A stretch of DNA of 48,331 bases from an uncultured Gammaproteobacteria bacterium (GTDB taxonomy: Bacteria > Patescibacteriota > Patescibacteriia > Patescibacteriales > UBA12465), in assembly GCA_964539015.1 (NCBI GenBank), contig CAZIHD010000002.1:1-48331 (forward strand). Direction: 5' to 3'. The position numbers and the translations under genes are program-made. Under the pieces are notes generated by a model, which saw only the letters and a program-made list of their open reading frames with translations, ran no database searches and was not told the origin of the DNA. Below, piece by piece: positions 8,215 to 17,701 of this stretch (position 1 is its first letter; the number at the start of each line of letters is the position of its first letter).

Positions 8215-9690
8215 TTATATAGACTTTTTTTGAAAAAAACAAGAGGAAAAAAGCAAGAAGCTCAAACCGAGAGGATGATTAAGATAAGGTGTAAAAACAT
8301 TAACAATCATTAAAAAGAAGAGGCTGGAAGCTAGAGCTAAATAAAGGCCGGTACCGCGGCGGCGCTCTTGCTGGCAAAGACCGGAGATTAAATAAACAAG
8401 CCAAACCAAATAAGGCAAAAGACCAAATAATCCGATTTTTAACCAGGTATCAAGATAAGCCCATTCAAAAGCATAAGTTGTGTACCAGCCATCGGGATTA
8501 TTTATCAAGACGCGCGGATCGCGAGAATAATAGCTAACGGTGGTGCCGAAACCTTGGCCGAAGAACGGCGCTTTTTTTATCTCCTGCCAGAGATTAGGCA
8601 AAAGTGCCCAGCGAGAAGCGACAGCCGCTTCATCCTTATCCATATTTAAGCGTTCCGTTAAAGCTTCGGCAGATAATCCGGCTTGTTGATTAGGATAAGG
8701 AAATTTAACAACAATAAATATTAAAAAAGTAGCCGCCAAGAGAGCGGCGGCTATATAGCCGCCGGCACGGAGATAAGAACGCCAAGCGCGTCCCCAGCCG
8801 GCAATAATCGCTATGGCGCCAGCAACGATGAAGGCGAGCCAGAAACTTCGGGACATGCTGATAATAATTACCGCCAAAAGAATAGCTAAAGCCGCCACCA
8901 TTAATCTTTTTTTACCTCGGCTCCAATCCTTGGCTTTCATTAACGGCCAAAGAATTAAAAAGAAAGCGATCGGCGCGTAGACTTGAGATTGGATAAAAAC
9001 GCGATACCAGCCGCCGCCCATAGCTGTAATTTCACCGATACCGCTGCGCCGAACCCAAAGATAAATATCAGGAACAATAGCCAGATTATGAGAAAAGATA
9101 AATAAGAGCGCCAAAGTCTTAAAACTCAACCAACCGACCGCCAAGAAAAAAACTGACAACAGCCGTTTTTGTTTTTCTGCCGCCGCCGGCTGATAAACTA
9201 AAAGTATCGGCAGAATCAGGGTTAAATATAGCCAAGCATTGCCATCAGCTAAAATATCGGCTGGCGCATGTCGGTTAATTAATCCCTGACCAAAAGCTAG
9301 GGCAATAAAAGCGGACAAAATTAACAAAGGTTTCCAAAAATGATAAGACTGTCCGTGTTCGCGCCAGCAGGCTCGTCCACCTTTTCTGATAATGAAAATC
9401 AAACTGGCAAGCATCAAGGCTGACCAGATAGCCAAACGCAAAGAAGCCGGAAAACCGAAAATATCGGCTGAAAAAAGATGACCCTTGGAACCGATCACTA
9501 ATTCCACCACGGCGGTCAGCAAGCCTAATTCTAAATTGAATAAACTTAATAAAAAAACCGCCAGGAAAGAAGCGGCGAGAAGATAAGGCTGGAGCCAGGG
9601 AAAAAAATAAGCGGCGAAAGATAATAATTCCGCCAAAATAATCAGGTTAGCGGCAAAAAAGTATGGATAGCGAGGTTTAAATAAAGACAT
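8215..9690 (-). CDS. O-antigen ligase / Wzy_C family polytopic membrane protein
   Basis: It has many TM helices and the central ISMSRSFWLAFIVAG motif. Confidence 0.7.
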   Translation of the reverse strand: MSLFKPRYPYFFAANLIILAELLSFAAYFFPWLQPYLLAASFLAVFLLSLFNLELGLLTAVVELVIGSKGHLFSADIFGFPASLRLAIWSALMLASLIFIIRKGGRACWREHGQSYHFWKPLLILSAFIALAFGQGLINRHAPADILADGNAWLYLTLILPILLVYQPAAAEKQKRLLSVFFLAVGWLSFKTLALLFIFSHNLAIVPDIYLWVRRSGIGEITAMGGGWYRVFIQSQVYAPIAFFLILWPLMKAKDWSRGKKRLMVAALAILLAVIIISMSRSFWLAFIVAGAIAIIAGWGRAWRSYLRAGGYIAAALLAATFLIFIVVKFPYPNQQAGLSAEALTERLNMDKDEAAVASRWALLPNLWQEIKKAPFFGQGFGTTVSYYSRDPRVLINNPDGWYTTYAFEWAYLDTWLKIGLFGLLPYLVWLVYLISGLCQQERRRGTGLYLALASSLFFLMIVNVFTPYLNHPLGLSFLLFSSCFFQKKSI

Positions 9691-9693
9691 AGT

Positions 9694-10152
9694 TTACCAA
9701 GAAATTTCACTGCCTACCCCTAAACGGCAAGCGTAAGCTTGGCCGGCGGGAATTTCTAAGACAGCATCAGCCGAGCCGCCGCTGTGATAGGAAATGGTCG
9801 GCTTCTTACCTTCCGGCGGCAAATTGTGATACAAATTTATTACGCGATGATTGCGGATAAAAATTATATCCAAAGGAAAATGCATGCGCCTCATGACAAA
9901 AACACGATCAGCGGCATCTTTAAAGAGAAAAAGCATACCTTGGCCGGGAGCTATTTTTTTTCTATCCGATAAACCTTGATATTGCTGAAAGGCGCTAACG
10001 GCGGTTTCGGTTTTAAAAACACAATTGCCGGCCTGGACTGCTCGCCCTTCTTTTTCAAAAAGGCAGAAAAAAATGATAGCCCCGGCAATAATTATTAATC
10101 CCGGCAGCAAGAGAGTATGCTCGTATTTTTTTATTTTTCTAAGCCAAACCAT
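9694..10152 (-). CDS. DUF192 domain protein
   Basis: GLSDRKKIAPGQGMLFLF...MHFPLDIIFI matches DUF192. The ATG at 10152 (MVWLRK + TM) is preferred to the longer 10299 ORF. It overlaps the upstream GT2 gene by 14 nt. Confidence 0.7.
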   Translation of the reverse strand: MVWLRKIKKYEHTLLLPGLIIIAGAIIFFCLFEKEGRAVQAGNCVFKTETAVSAFQQYQGLSDRKKIAPGQGMLFLFKDAADRVFVMRRMHFPLDIIFIRNHRVINLYHNLPPEGKKPTISYHSGGSADAVLEIPAGQAYACRLGVGSEISW

Positions 10153-10840
10153 GTTTCTGTTTGATAATTGCCATGGCCGCCTTATATTTTTTAACGCTCG
10201 GCAAAAAAGGCAAAAGTTTATAAGCAAAGGCCGGCAGCCAGGAGCTGATAGTGCCGCCGGTGGCGATCTGAAATAAAACTTTATCCACCCAGACGCCACT
10301 CTTGCCGGCAGCGAGCATGGTCAGCCATAAATCCCAATCTTGAAATTTACGAATACTTTCGTCCCAGCCTTTTTCAGGAAAATCGGAGCGTTTAATCAGC
10401 GCCATCGTGTGGATATAAGGGCCGGCTTGAAGCTTATTCGGATCGAAGGGTCCGACTTTGAATAATTTGCGCCCCCAGCGGAAAGAGGGATAAGCATAGC
10501 TAGCCTCAGGACAAGCTTGCAGGGCGTGCCCTAATTCATTTAAAGCTTCCGGCTTTAAATCAGCGTCGGCATCGCAAAAAAATAAATAATCGCCTTGAGC
10601 TTCGCGATAACCGCGATTTCTCGCCGCCGGCGCGCCTTGGTTGGTCTGATTAAGAAAAACGAAACGATTATCCAAATTATTCTTTTGAACAAATTCAGTA
10701 AAAGCTTGCTCGGGATTATCTTTAGAACCGTCGTTAACGATAATTACTTCCCAATCGCGATATTCCTGCTTGGCGATACTGTTTAAAGCGACGGTTAATT
10801 TTTTGGCTTGGTTATAAACCGGGATGATAATAGAAATCAT
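10139..10840 (-). CDS. Glycosyltransferase family 2
   Basis: Motifs present: IIIPVYNQ, NDGSKD and FCDADAD. Confidence 0.85.
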   Translation of the reverse strand: MISIIIPVYNQAKKLTVALNSIAKQEYRDWEVIIVNDGSKDNPEQAFTEFVQKNNLDNRFVFLNQTNQGAPAARNRGYREAQGDYLFFCDADADLKPEALNELGHALQACPEASYAYPSFRWGRKLFKVGPFDPNKLQAGPYIHTMALIKRSDFPEKGWDESIRKFQDWDLWLTMLAAGKSGVWVDKVLFQIATGGTISSWLPAFAYKLLPFLPSVKKYKAAMAIIKQKHGLA

Positions 10841-10859
10841 AGAATAAGATTCAAAATAT

Positions 10860-11930
10860 TCAGATTAATTTTTTATAAAGTTTATCGGCTTGACCGGCCC
10901 AAGAAAAATCCCGCTCCGCCCTGTCTTTGCCTGCTCGGCCTAAACGTTTTGCTTCCTCGGGATTATTTAATAAACGCATAATGGCCGCGGCAATTGCGGT
11001 CGGATTTTCAGGGTCAACCAATAGACCGTTGACGCCGGGGATAACAGCATCAGCCACGCCGCCGGAGGCGCCGGCAATTACCGGTTTGCCCATCAGATTC
11101 GCTTCCAGATAAACAATTCCAAAACCTTCGAAGTCGCCGTCTAAATCGCGGGAAGTCGTTATAAATATATCACATAAATTCAGACAAGACCACTTCTCTT
11201 TTTCGGTCAAGGATCCGGTAAAAATTATCTGTTTGGCATATGGACTTTGCGCCGCCAGATTTTTTAAAGAGGCGGCTTCCGGACCGTCGCCGGCCAGCAG
11301 ATAACGCCAATCTTTATTATCTACCAAATTTAAGGCGCGTATAACTTGATCAAAGCCTTTACGTTTGACTAAACGGCCGATAGAAAAAATAATTTTCTTC
11401 CCGTTCAAATCATAACTCTGGTGAAAAGCTTCAATTATTTTTGAATCGGAAGCGATAGCGGTCGCCCCCGGATGAAGTAAAATTATTTTATCAGCCAGCT
11501 TCGGCCAAGCGGCAAGCAAAATTTCTTTAACATGGGAATTGACACAGACAATAATTTTGGCCCGCCGGCAAGTCAGCCCGGTTAAAAAACGCTTACGGGG
11601 CGTTTTCAGAGCGAAGGTTAAATCCATGCCGTGAAAAAAAACGCCGAACTTAAAAGGCGAAAAAAGATTCGCCAATAAAGCTGCCGGACCTAAAGGTAAA
11701 ATCTGGCCCAAAAAAATTAAATCTGGCTTATTCAAACGATTGGCCTTAATCAAAGCGGCTATTGCCCGCCGCCAGCGCCAAGGTCCGGTTTTAGTTAATA
11801 AAGCTTCTTGATTATTATCTAAAACCGTCCAGGCTCCCGCTTCCGGCCAGGACTTGATCAAATTTTCGTAATAAGTTGCCACCCCGCCGAGACGAGGAGG
11901 ATAATCAAGCGTGCAGAGTAGTAATTTCAT
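10860..11930 (-). CDS. Glycosyltransferase family 4 (GT1 fold)
   Basis: The C-terminal EGFGIVYLEANLMGKPVIAGASGG is the E-x7-E region. Confidence 0.85.
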   Translation of the reverse strand: MKLLLCTLDYPPRLGGVATYYENLIKSWPEAGAWTVLDNNQEALLTKTGPWRWRRAIAALIKANRLNKPDLIFLGQILPLGPAALLANLFSPFKFGVFFHGMDLTFALKTPRKRFLTGLTCRRAKIIVCVNSHVKEILLAAWPKLADKIILLHPGATAIASDSKIIEAFHQSYDLNGKKIIFSIGRLVKRKGFDQVIRALNLVDNKDWRYLLAGDGPEAASLKNLAAQSPYAKQIIFTGSLTEKEKWSCLNLCDIFITTSRDLDGDFEGFGIVYLEANLMGKPVIAGASGGVADAVIPGVNGLLVDPENPTAIAAAIMRLLNNPEEAKRLGRAGKDRAERDFSWAGQADKLYKKLI

Positions 11931-11945
11931 AATTTAATTTTTTAT

Positions 11946-13376
11946 TTAAGCGCGGCGGAAAGAGGCGGCGATACTGAGTATATCTGTTTTCTTTAAGCCG
12001 CCGAGAGCAATCAAGCCGGCAAAATATATCAAACCGCCGGCAATGACGGCGGCAAAAATATTAATATATTGTTTGCCCCAGAAAATAACCGCCGCCATCA
12101 GCAAAGAAGCGGCCAAAGCTTTAAGTAAAATTTTTACATTCTTGCGCGGGTGATAAACAATTAAGCCGCGTAAAGAAAAAATGCCGAGAACAAGCATTAA
12201 AGTATTACTGATCAAAACGGTCAGACTAGCACCCAGCGCCTGCCACCGCGGAATTAGGAGCAAGTTTAAAAGAACGCTGACAAGCATGGTAATCGCCATA
12301 TTAACCGTATTGCGCCGCTGGCGATCGCAGGCATTAAGCAGCGAGCCGACCGGAAAATTCAAGAAAATAAAAAACAAAGCGAAGATAGATATGCGCAGCG
12401 GCCAAACTGCCTCCGAACCGGCCTTAAATAAAGGCACAATCTTGTCCGCTAAAGCGGAAATACCAAAAATAATCGGCAAAGAAATAATAATTAAATAATT
12501 CAAAGCTCGTTCGAAAGTAATCTGCAATTGACTGCGATTATTCAGCCAATAAGCGCTCATGGCGGGATAAAGCGAAGCCGTAAAGGCCATCGGCAAAAAC
12601 TGCAAAGCGTTAATTATCTTAAAAGCAATCTGATAAAGGCCGACCTGTCCGTAGCCGGCAATAAATCCTAAAAGCAAAGAATCGAGATAGGTAAAAAGAC
12701 GTTGAAAAACATTATAGAGGGCGAAAGGCCAGCTGATATTAAAAACCAGCTTAACCAGAGATTGATTCCATTGCGGCCTGATGGATAAGCCGAGCCGGCG
12801 CTTGACGATTAAAGCAGAATAGAAAAAATTAAAGAAGCTGGCAAGCACCAAGGTTCCCAAAAGAGCGGCTAAAGAACCATGGTCGCGCAAAACTAAATAA
12901 CCGGCGACCAAAACAATCAATTGAAAAATAACGGAAGAGATGCTTTCATATTTTAAATTATGAAAACCGCGGACAACCGCAAAAAAAGTGGCTGTAAAAG
13001 AATCAAGTACCATGGAAATCGCAGAAACGGCAATCAAAATTAATAATATCGGGTTGTAAGAAAAGGCGGCGATTGCCAAGACAAGAATAACCGTCCCGGC
13101 CGCCAAGACTAATTTCATGGCTAAAACCGCCCGCAACCAGTCGGAAGCGCGCTGTTGATCCTTGGCCACTTCCCTGGTCAAGGCATTAGCGAAACCAAGA
13201 TCAATAAAAATGGCAAAAATAGTGGTAAAAGAAATAGCAGTATAATACTGCCCTAACGCCTCCAAGCCCAAAAAACGAGCCAAGAGAATAAAATAAGCAA
13301 AAGAGATTATTTTTTGAATAATCAGCGCCAAAGTAAGATAAGAAGTATTTTTTGCAATATTCGCTACTTTATTCAT
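11946..13376 (-). CDS. Polysaccharide/oligosaccharide flippase (Wzx, MOP superfamily)
   Basis: It is about 14 TM helices in 476 aa, and it heads the glycan operon. Confidence 0.75.
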   Translation of the reverse strand: MNKVANIAKNTSYLTLALIIQKIISFAYFILLARFLGLEALGQYYTAISFTTIFAIFIDLGFANALTREVAKDQQRASDWLRAVLAMKLVLAAGTVILVLAIAAFSYNPILLILIAVSAISMVLDSFTATFFAVVRGFHNLKYESISSVIFQLIVLVAGYLVLRDHGSLAALLGTLVLASFFNFFYSALIVKRRLGLSIRPQWNQSLVKLVFNISWPFALYNVFQRLFTYLDSLLLGFIAGYGQVGLYQIAFKIINALQFLPMAFTASLYPAMSAYWLNNRSQLQITFERALNYLIIISLPIIFGISALADKIVPLFKAGSEAVWPLRISIFALFFIFLNFPVGSLLNACDRQRRNTVNMAITMLVSVLLNLLLIPRWQALGASLTVLISNTLMLVLGIFSLRGLIVYHPRKNVKILLKALAASLLMAAVIFWGKQYINIFAAVIAGGLIYFAGLIALGGLKKTDILSIAASFRRA

Positions 13377-13410
13377 ATTTTTTGCCTAAAGAGTCAAATG
13401 ATATGCCCCT

Positions 13411-13419
13411 AGTATAACA
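13411..13419 (-). promoter_or_regulatory. Extended -10 TGTTATACT for the flippase operon
   Basis: This is the reverse complement of agtataaca, 34 nt upstream of the ATG at 13376. Confidence 0.4.
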
Positions 13420-13423
13420 GGTA

Positions 13424-13452
13424 TTGATTATTTTTTAAAGTTATGATATTAT
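13424..13452 (+). promoter_or_regulatory. rpmE promoter
   Basis: -35 TTGATT (13424-13429), a 17-nt spacer containing TG, then -10 TATTAT (13447-13452). Confidence 0.5.
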
Positions 13453-13547
13453 CGTAATAACAAAGAAAAAAATCAATTTTCTTTTTTTGTGCCTTTATCG
13501 CAAGATTAGAAAAAATTCGAGGCAGTTCCAGCCTCTCTTTAAATTTT

Positions 13548-13889
13548 ATGAAAAAAGACATTCATCCTCAGTATTATCCCGATTGCCAAGTGACTTGTGT
13601 CTGCGGCAATACTTTTACCACCGGTTCTACCGTGCCCGAAATTAAAGTAGAGCTTTGTTCGGTTTGCCACCCCTTCTACACAGGCAAACAGAAATTAGTC
13701 GACACCGCCCGCCGAGTAGAAAAATTCGGGGCTAAGTTAGCGGCTAAAGATGCGGCTTCCGTCGGCAAAAAAGGCAAGAAAGTGAAGAAAGCGGAGCGGG
13801 CAGAAGCAAAAGCAAAGAAAGAAGTAACCGTTAAGACCAAAGATATCAAGAAAATTGCTCAGGTCACCCTTGGTAAGACAAAAAAATAA
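13548..13889 (+). CDS. rpmE: 50S ribosomal protein L31 (Zn-ribbon type) with Lys-rich C-terminal extension
   Basis: MKKDIHPQY, the Cys pairs CQVTCVC / [10 protein letters not shown], and a tail of about 45 aa rich in K/A/E. Confidence 0.9.
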   Translation: MKKDIHPQYYPDCQVTCVCGNTFTTGSTVPEIKVELCSVCHPFYTGKQKLVDTARRVEKFGAKLAAKDAASVGKKGKKVKKAERAEAKAKKEVTVKTKDIKKIAQVTLGKTKK

Positions 13890-13985
13890 ATATTCAAGCA
13901 TTAAAGATAATTAGCTCTTAATTATTCAGGCTTTTCCAGAGCGGGATAATTAGAAAAAGGGGCTAATTATTTTTTATCAACGCGT

Positions 13986-15023
13986 ATGTACGCAGAAATC
14001 AAAGAAAAATTTGCCGATCTGGAAAAAAAATTAGCTGATCCCGAGCTTTTAAAACAACCTCAGGAAATGATTAAAATTTCCCAAGCGCATGCTGCTCTGA
14101 AAAATTTGATCCGTCTGATTGCGGAAGCCGAAAATTTAGAAAAAGAAATTGAAGATAACCGCTCCCTACTCCTTCAAGAAAATGATCCGGAGTTCAAATC
14201 TTTGGCCGAAGAAGAGCTTAACGCCGCCTTGATTAAATTAGAAAAAATAAAAGAAGAAATTGAAGAAGAACAGCATCCGCAAGGGCCGAATGACAATAAA
14301 AATGCAATCATAGAAATCCGCGCCGGCGCCGGCGGCGATGAAGCCGCTCTGTTTGCCGGCGACCTTTTTCGGATGTATTCCCGTTTTTGTGAACGCCGAG
14401 GCTGGAAAACGGAGATGATTAGCGCCAATATTCTCGGCATTGGCGGCTTTAAGGAAATTATCTTCACCATTAAAGGCCGCGGCGCTTTCGGTTTTTTGAA
14501 ATATGAAGCCGGCACTCATCGCGTCCAGCGCGTTCCGGAAACAGAAAAACAAGGCCGCGTCCACACTTCCACGGCCACAGTCGTAGTTTTGCCGGAAGCG
14601 GAAGAAGTCGATGTTGAAATCAATCCCGCCGACATCCGAATTGATACTTTCTGTTCCAGCGGACCGGGCGGACAAAGCGTCAACACCACTTATTCAGCTA
14701 TCCGTATTCTCCACCTGCCCACCGGTTTAATCGTTAGTTGTCAGGATCAAAAATCCCAGCATCAAAATAAAGAAAAAGCTTTGCAAGTTCTGCGTTCCCG
14801 CTTATTGGCGCGGCAGGAAGAAGAGCGGATGGCGGCCGAGTCCAGCGCGCGCAAAGATCAAGTCGGTGCCGGCGATCGCAGCGATAAGATCAGAACTTAC
14901 AATTTTTCCCAAGATCGGCTGACCGATCATCGCCTCGGCCAATCTTGGCATAACCTCAGCGCCATTATGGATGGTGATTTGGAAGAAATTATCAAAACCG
15001 TAAAAAAGGCTTTACGCGCCTAA
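13986..15023 (+). CDS. prfA: Peptide chain release factor 1
   Basis: GGQ motif ([10 protein letters not shown]) and a P-x-T type tripeptide (VPETE). Confidence 0.93.
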   Translation: MYAEIKEKFADLEKKLADPELLKQPQEMIKISQAHAALKNLIRLIAEAENLEKEIEDNRSLLLQENDPEFKSLAEEELNAALIKLEKIKEEIEEEQHPQGPNDNKNAIIEIRAGAGGDEAALFAGDLFRMYSRFCERRGWKTEMISANILGIGGFKEIIFTIKGRGAFGFLKYEAGTHRVQRVPETEKQGRVHTSTATVVVLPEAEEVDVEINPADIRIDTFCSSGPGGQSVNTTYSAIRILHLPTGLIVSCQDQKSQHQNKEKALQVLRSRLLARQEEERMAAESSARKDQVGAGDRSDKIRTYNFSQDRLTDHRLGQSWHNLSAIMDGDLEEIIKTVKKALRA

Positions 15024-15027
15024 AATT

Positions 15028-15894
15028 ATGGCGACTATCGGCCAACATCTGACTGCTAATCCTGCTTTTTGCCGGGAGACCGCCAATCTCCTGGCTTTTG
15101 TTTGCCGGCGTAATTTAAGCTGGCTGCTGGCTCATCCCGAATATCGCCTTTCGCCCGCGCAAGAAAAAAAATTTCAACAAAAATATAAACACTGGCAAAC
15201 CGGCGAACCCTTAGCTTATGTTATCGGTTATCAAGATTTTTACGACTATCGCTTCCGAGTATCGCCGGCGGTATTGATTCCCCGCCCGGAAAGCGAATTG
15301 ATTGTTGATGCCGGCTTAGCTTACGCCCGGCTAACCGCCGGCAAAAAATTAACTTTTTTAGATGTCGGCACCGGCTCCGGCGCTTTGATTATTTCTTTCG
15401 CTAAAAGTTTAAAAGAAAAAATTCCGGCCGCTTATCGCCAAGCTGAATTTATGGCCAGCGATATTTCGACGACGGCTCTTAGAATTGCCCGCGCCAATGC
15501 TCACGCCTATCGTTTGGATCGAAAAATAATTTTTCGACTCGGCGATTTATTAACTCCCTGGCGGAAAATTTTCAATCAACAATTAAATCCGCTTTTCATT
15601 GCCGCTAATCTGCCTTATCTTACTCCGAAAGAACGCCGGAGCGAACCGAGCCTCGCTCAAGAACCGGATTTAGCCCTGCTTGGCGGCCGCGATGGTTTAA
15701 GTTTATATCGCCGCTTTTTACCTATGATGAATAATCTCCTTCAAAATCGGCCTTTCTGCCTGCTCATGGAAATTAATCCGGAACAAGCACCGGCCTTAAT
15801 AAAACTGGCCGGTAAATATTTTACTGATGATGAAATAAAAAAAATGCCCGACCTGAGCGGCCGAACGCGTTTTATTAAAATTCAAAGAGATTAA
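15028..15894 (+). CDS. prmC: Release factor glutamine N5-methyltransferase PrmC/HemK
   Basis: SAM motif DVGTGSGAL and the catalytic ANLPY (an NPPY variant). It lies immediately after prfA. Confidence 0.85.
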   Translation: MATIGQHLTANPAFCRETANLLAFVCRRNLSWLLAHPEYRLSPAQEKKFQQKYKHWQTGEPLAYVIGYQDFYDYRFRVSPAVLIPRPESELIVDAGLAYARLTAGKKLTFLDVGTGSGALIISFAKSLKEKIPAAYRQAEFMASDISTTALRIARANAHAYRLDRKIIFRLGDLLTPWRKIFNQQLNPLFIAANLPYLTPKERRSEPSLAQEPDLALLGGRDGLSLYRRFLPMMNNLLQNRPFCLLMEINPEQAPALIKLAGKYFTDDEIKKMPDLSGRTRFIKIQRD

Positions 15895-15899
15895 GCCTT

Positions 15900-16988
15900 T
15901 TAATCGACCGCTGTATTTTCATCCGCCACTTCAATCCAAGTAATACCCGGATTGAATTTTACTTCTTCACCGTCCGCATAATAATAACGCGTCCGTTCTG
16001 ATCCTGATTTTTTCCAAACACCTGGCTGGCAGACGCCGTCCAAACAAATCTTGGCGCGTCCGTTGCCGGTTACCCCTAAACGCAGACGGCCGTAATCGTC
16101 AACAATTTGGCTGTCAAGATAATGGATAATAATATTTTTTGCTTTGATATCTGCGCCTTCATCCCGGCCCTTATCACCGTTAAAGAAACGCTGATAATCG
16201 TTAGTGGCCGCTTGATAACGCCAGAGCGCTCGGAAATTGTCACTAAAACGAAGATTAATGTCCGGCGAAGACGAAGCGTGCTCGCCCTCTTCTTTGAACA
16301 ACCAAGCCGCCGCTTTATCCTCAGCCAAACCCCGTTCATTCAAATAAGAACGCCAATTATCGCCGCTGGTCAAAAGATTATGGGGAGCAGTGCGACCGGA
16401 GTTTTCCCGCCAAAAATAACGGCTGTTATAAAATTCATTCAGGTCGTAAAGCGAAGCTTTTTTTAATTGGGCCAAGGCTTCCTGGCTGCCGCCGCAATGA
16501 ATATAAAGAGCATGTAATTCTTCCGCCCAGGATACGAAATAAGGCCGCGCACTGCGCACCGGCCCGACAGCGGCTAAATCAGCGTCAGCCGGAAAAATCG
16601 CCAAATATCGAGTCATACCGCCTTCTACCGGCGCTTCAAAAACTAAAGAAGCCTGAGATAAGCCGGCTTGCGGACGAGCTAAAACATCATTATCAATCAT
16701 AATGGCCACCGGAAAAGCCGCCGCTTTTTCAGCCGGCACGGCCACGCCGTCCAACCAGCGCGGCTGGCAATTAACGCAGATATTTTCCGGCACAGCCGGC
16801 GAAGACGAGGCGTTGCCGACACTGGCAGTCTGATCAACATTTTTATCTGCTCCGAACTTCAACCAGGACCAATCAGGAGAAAAAATATAATAGTATAAAC
16901 CGGCTCCGGAAAAAAATAACACAAAAAGGGAGGCGATAACAATCGTCCTTCCCTTTTTTGAAAAAGATTTTTTATTTTTTTCCTCCAT
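15900..16988 (-). CDS. DUF3048 domain protein (membrane-anchored)
   Basis: IMIDNDVLARPQAGLSQASLVFEAPVEGGMTRYLAIF matches DUF3048. The ATG at 16988 is preferred over the TTG at 16997. Confidence 0.7.
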   Translation of the reverse strand: MEEKNKKSFSKKGRTIVIASLFVLFFSGAGLYYYIFSPDWSWLKFGADKNVDQTASVGNASSSPAVPENICVNCQPRWLDGVAVPAEKAAAFPVAIMIDNDVLARPQAGLSQASLVFEAPVEGGMTRYLAIFPADADLAAVGPVRSARPYFVSWAEELHALYIHCGGSQEALAQLKKASLYDLNEFYNSRYFWRENSGRTAPHNLLTSGDNWRSYLNERGLAEDKAAAWLFKEEGEHASSSPDINLRFSDNFRALWRYQAATNDYQRFFNGDKGRDEGADIKAKNIIIHYLDSQIVDDYGRLRLGVTGNGRAKICLDGVCQPGVWKKSGSERTRYYYADGEEVKFNPGITWIEVADENTAVD

Positions 16989-17012
16989 ATATAACAAACG
17001 GCGGGAACGGTT

Positions 17013-17651
17013 TTATTTCTTTTCCGCAGCGGCCGGTTTCGCTTCCGCTCCTGCTTTAGCGGCCTCAGCGGCCGGGGTTTCAGCGGCCGGGGTGGCTACC
17101 GGTTCTTCTTCCACTTTCTTCGGTTCTTCAACGCCGCAAATTACCTCATTGCTTTCATGCATCAATTCCATACCCTTAGGCACTTTAATCTCATGCAAAC
17201 GGATAACATCGCCGAACTCTGTTAAAGCAGAAATGTCCACATCGATATGATCGACTAAATCACCAGGCAAACATTCGACGGCGATAGCATCAATGTTAGC
17301 AATAAAGACACCGCCCAATTCCTTTACCGCCTTTGATTCACCGATAAATTCCAAGGGGATTTCCGTCTTTACTTTTTCTTTCATATTCACCTGATAAAAA
17401 TCCGCATGGATAAAAGTATTTTTCAAAGCGTCTTTCTGTGTTTCTTTAACTAAAACCGGAATAATCTGATCCCCAAGGTTTAAATTAATTAAATTAGATT
17501 CACCGGCCTCTTCAAAAAGCTTAACAAAATCATTGTAATTAAACTTTAAGGAACGAGCTTCAACGCCTTTGCCATAAAGCACGCCCGCCAGGGATTTGCT
17601 GTCCAATTTTTCATTCTTTGACCGAATTTCGGCTGATAATTTTAATTCCAT
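17013..17651 (-). CDS. rplY: 50S ribosomal protein L25 / Ctc
   Basis: The N-terminal L25 fold begins MELKLSAEIRS...GVLYGKG. The tail is rich in A/E/K/P. Confidence 0.85.
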   Translation of the reverse strand: MELKLSAEIRSKNEKLDSKSLAGVLYGKGVEARSLKFNYNDFVKLFEEAGESNLINLNLGDQIIPVLVKETQKDALKNTFIHADFYQVNMKEKVKTEIPLEFIGESKAVKELGGVFIANIDAIAVECLPGDLVDHIDVDISALTEFGDVIRLHEIKVPKGMELMHESNEVICGVEEPKKVEEEPVATPAAETPAAEAAKAGAEAKPAAAEKK

Positions 17652-17701
17652 AATTGTATTTAGCTCACCTTAGCTAAAAATACTCTCCAGCAGGCAGGCG
17701 G

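Noticed and set aside
14174-14675. Long antisense or overlapping ORFs inside prfA, dnaE (23310-23720, 24080-25444), lysS, the glycosyltransferases and the giant protein
   Set aside because: They lie in alternative frames of strongly supported genes. Their composition is low-complexity and Arg/Ser/Pro-rich, and no independent signals were found.
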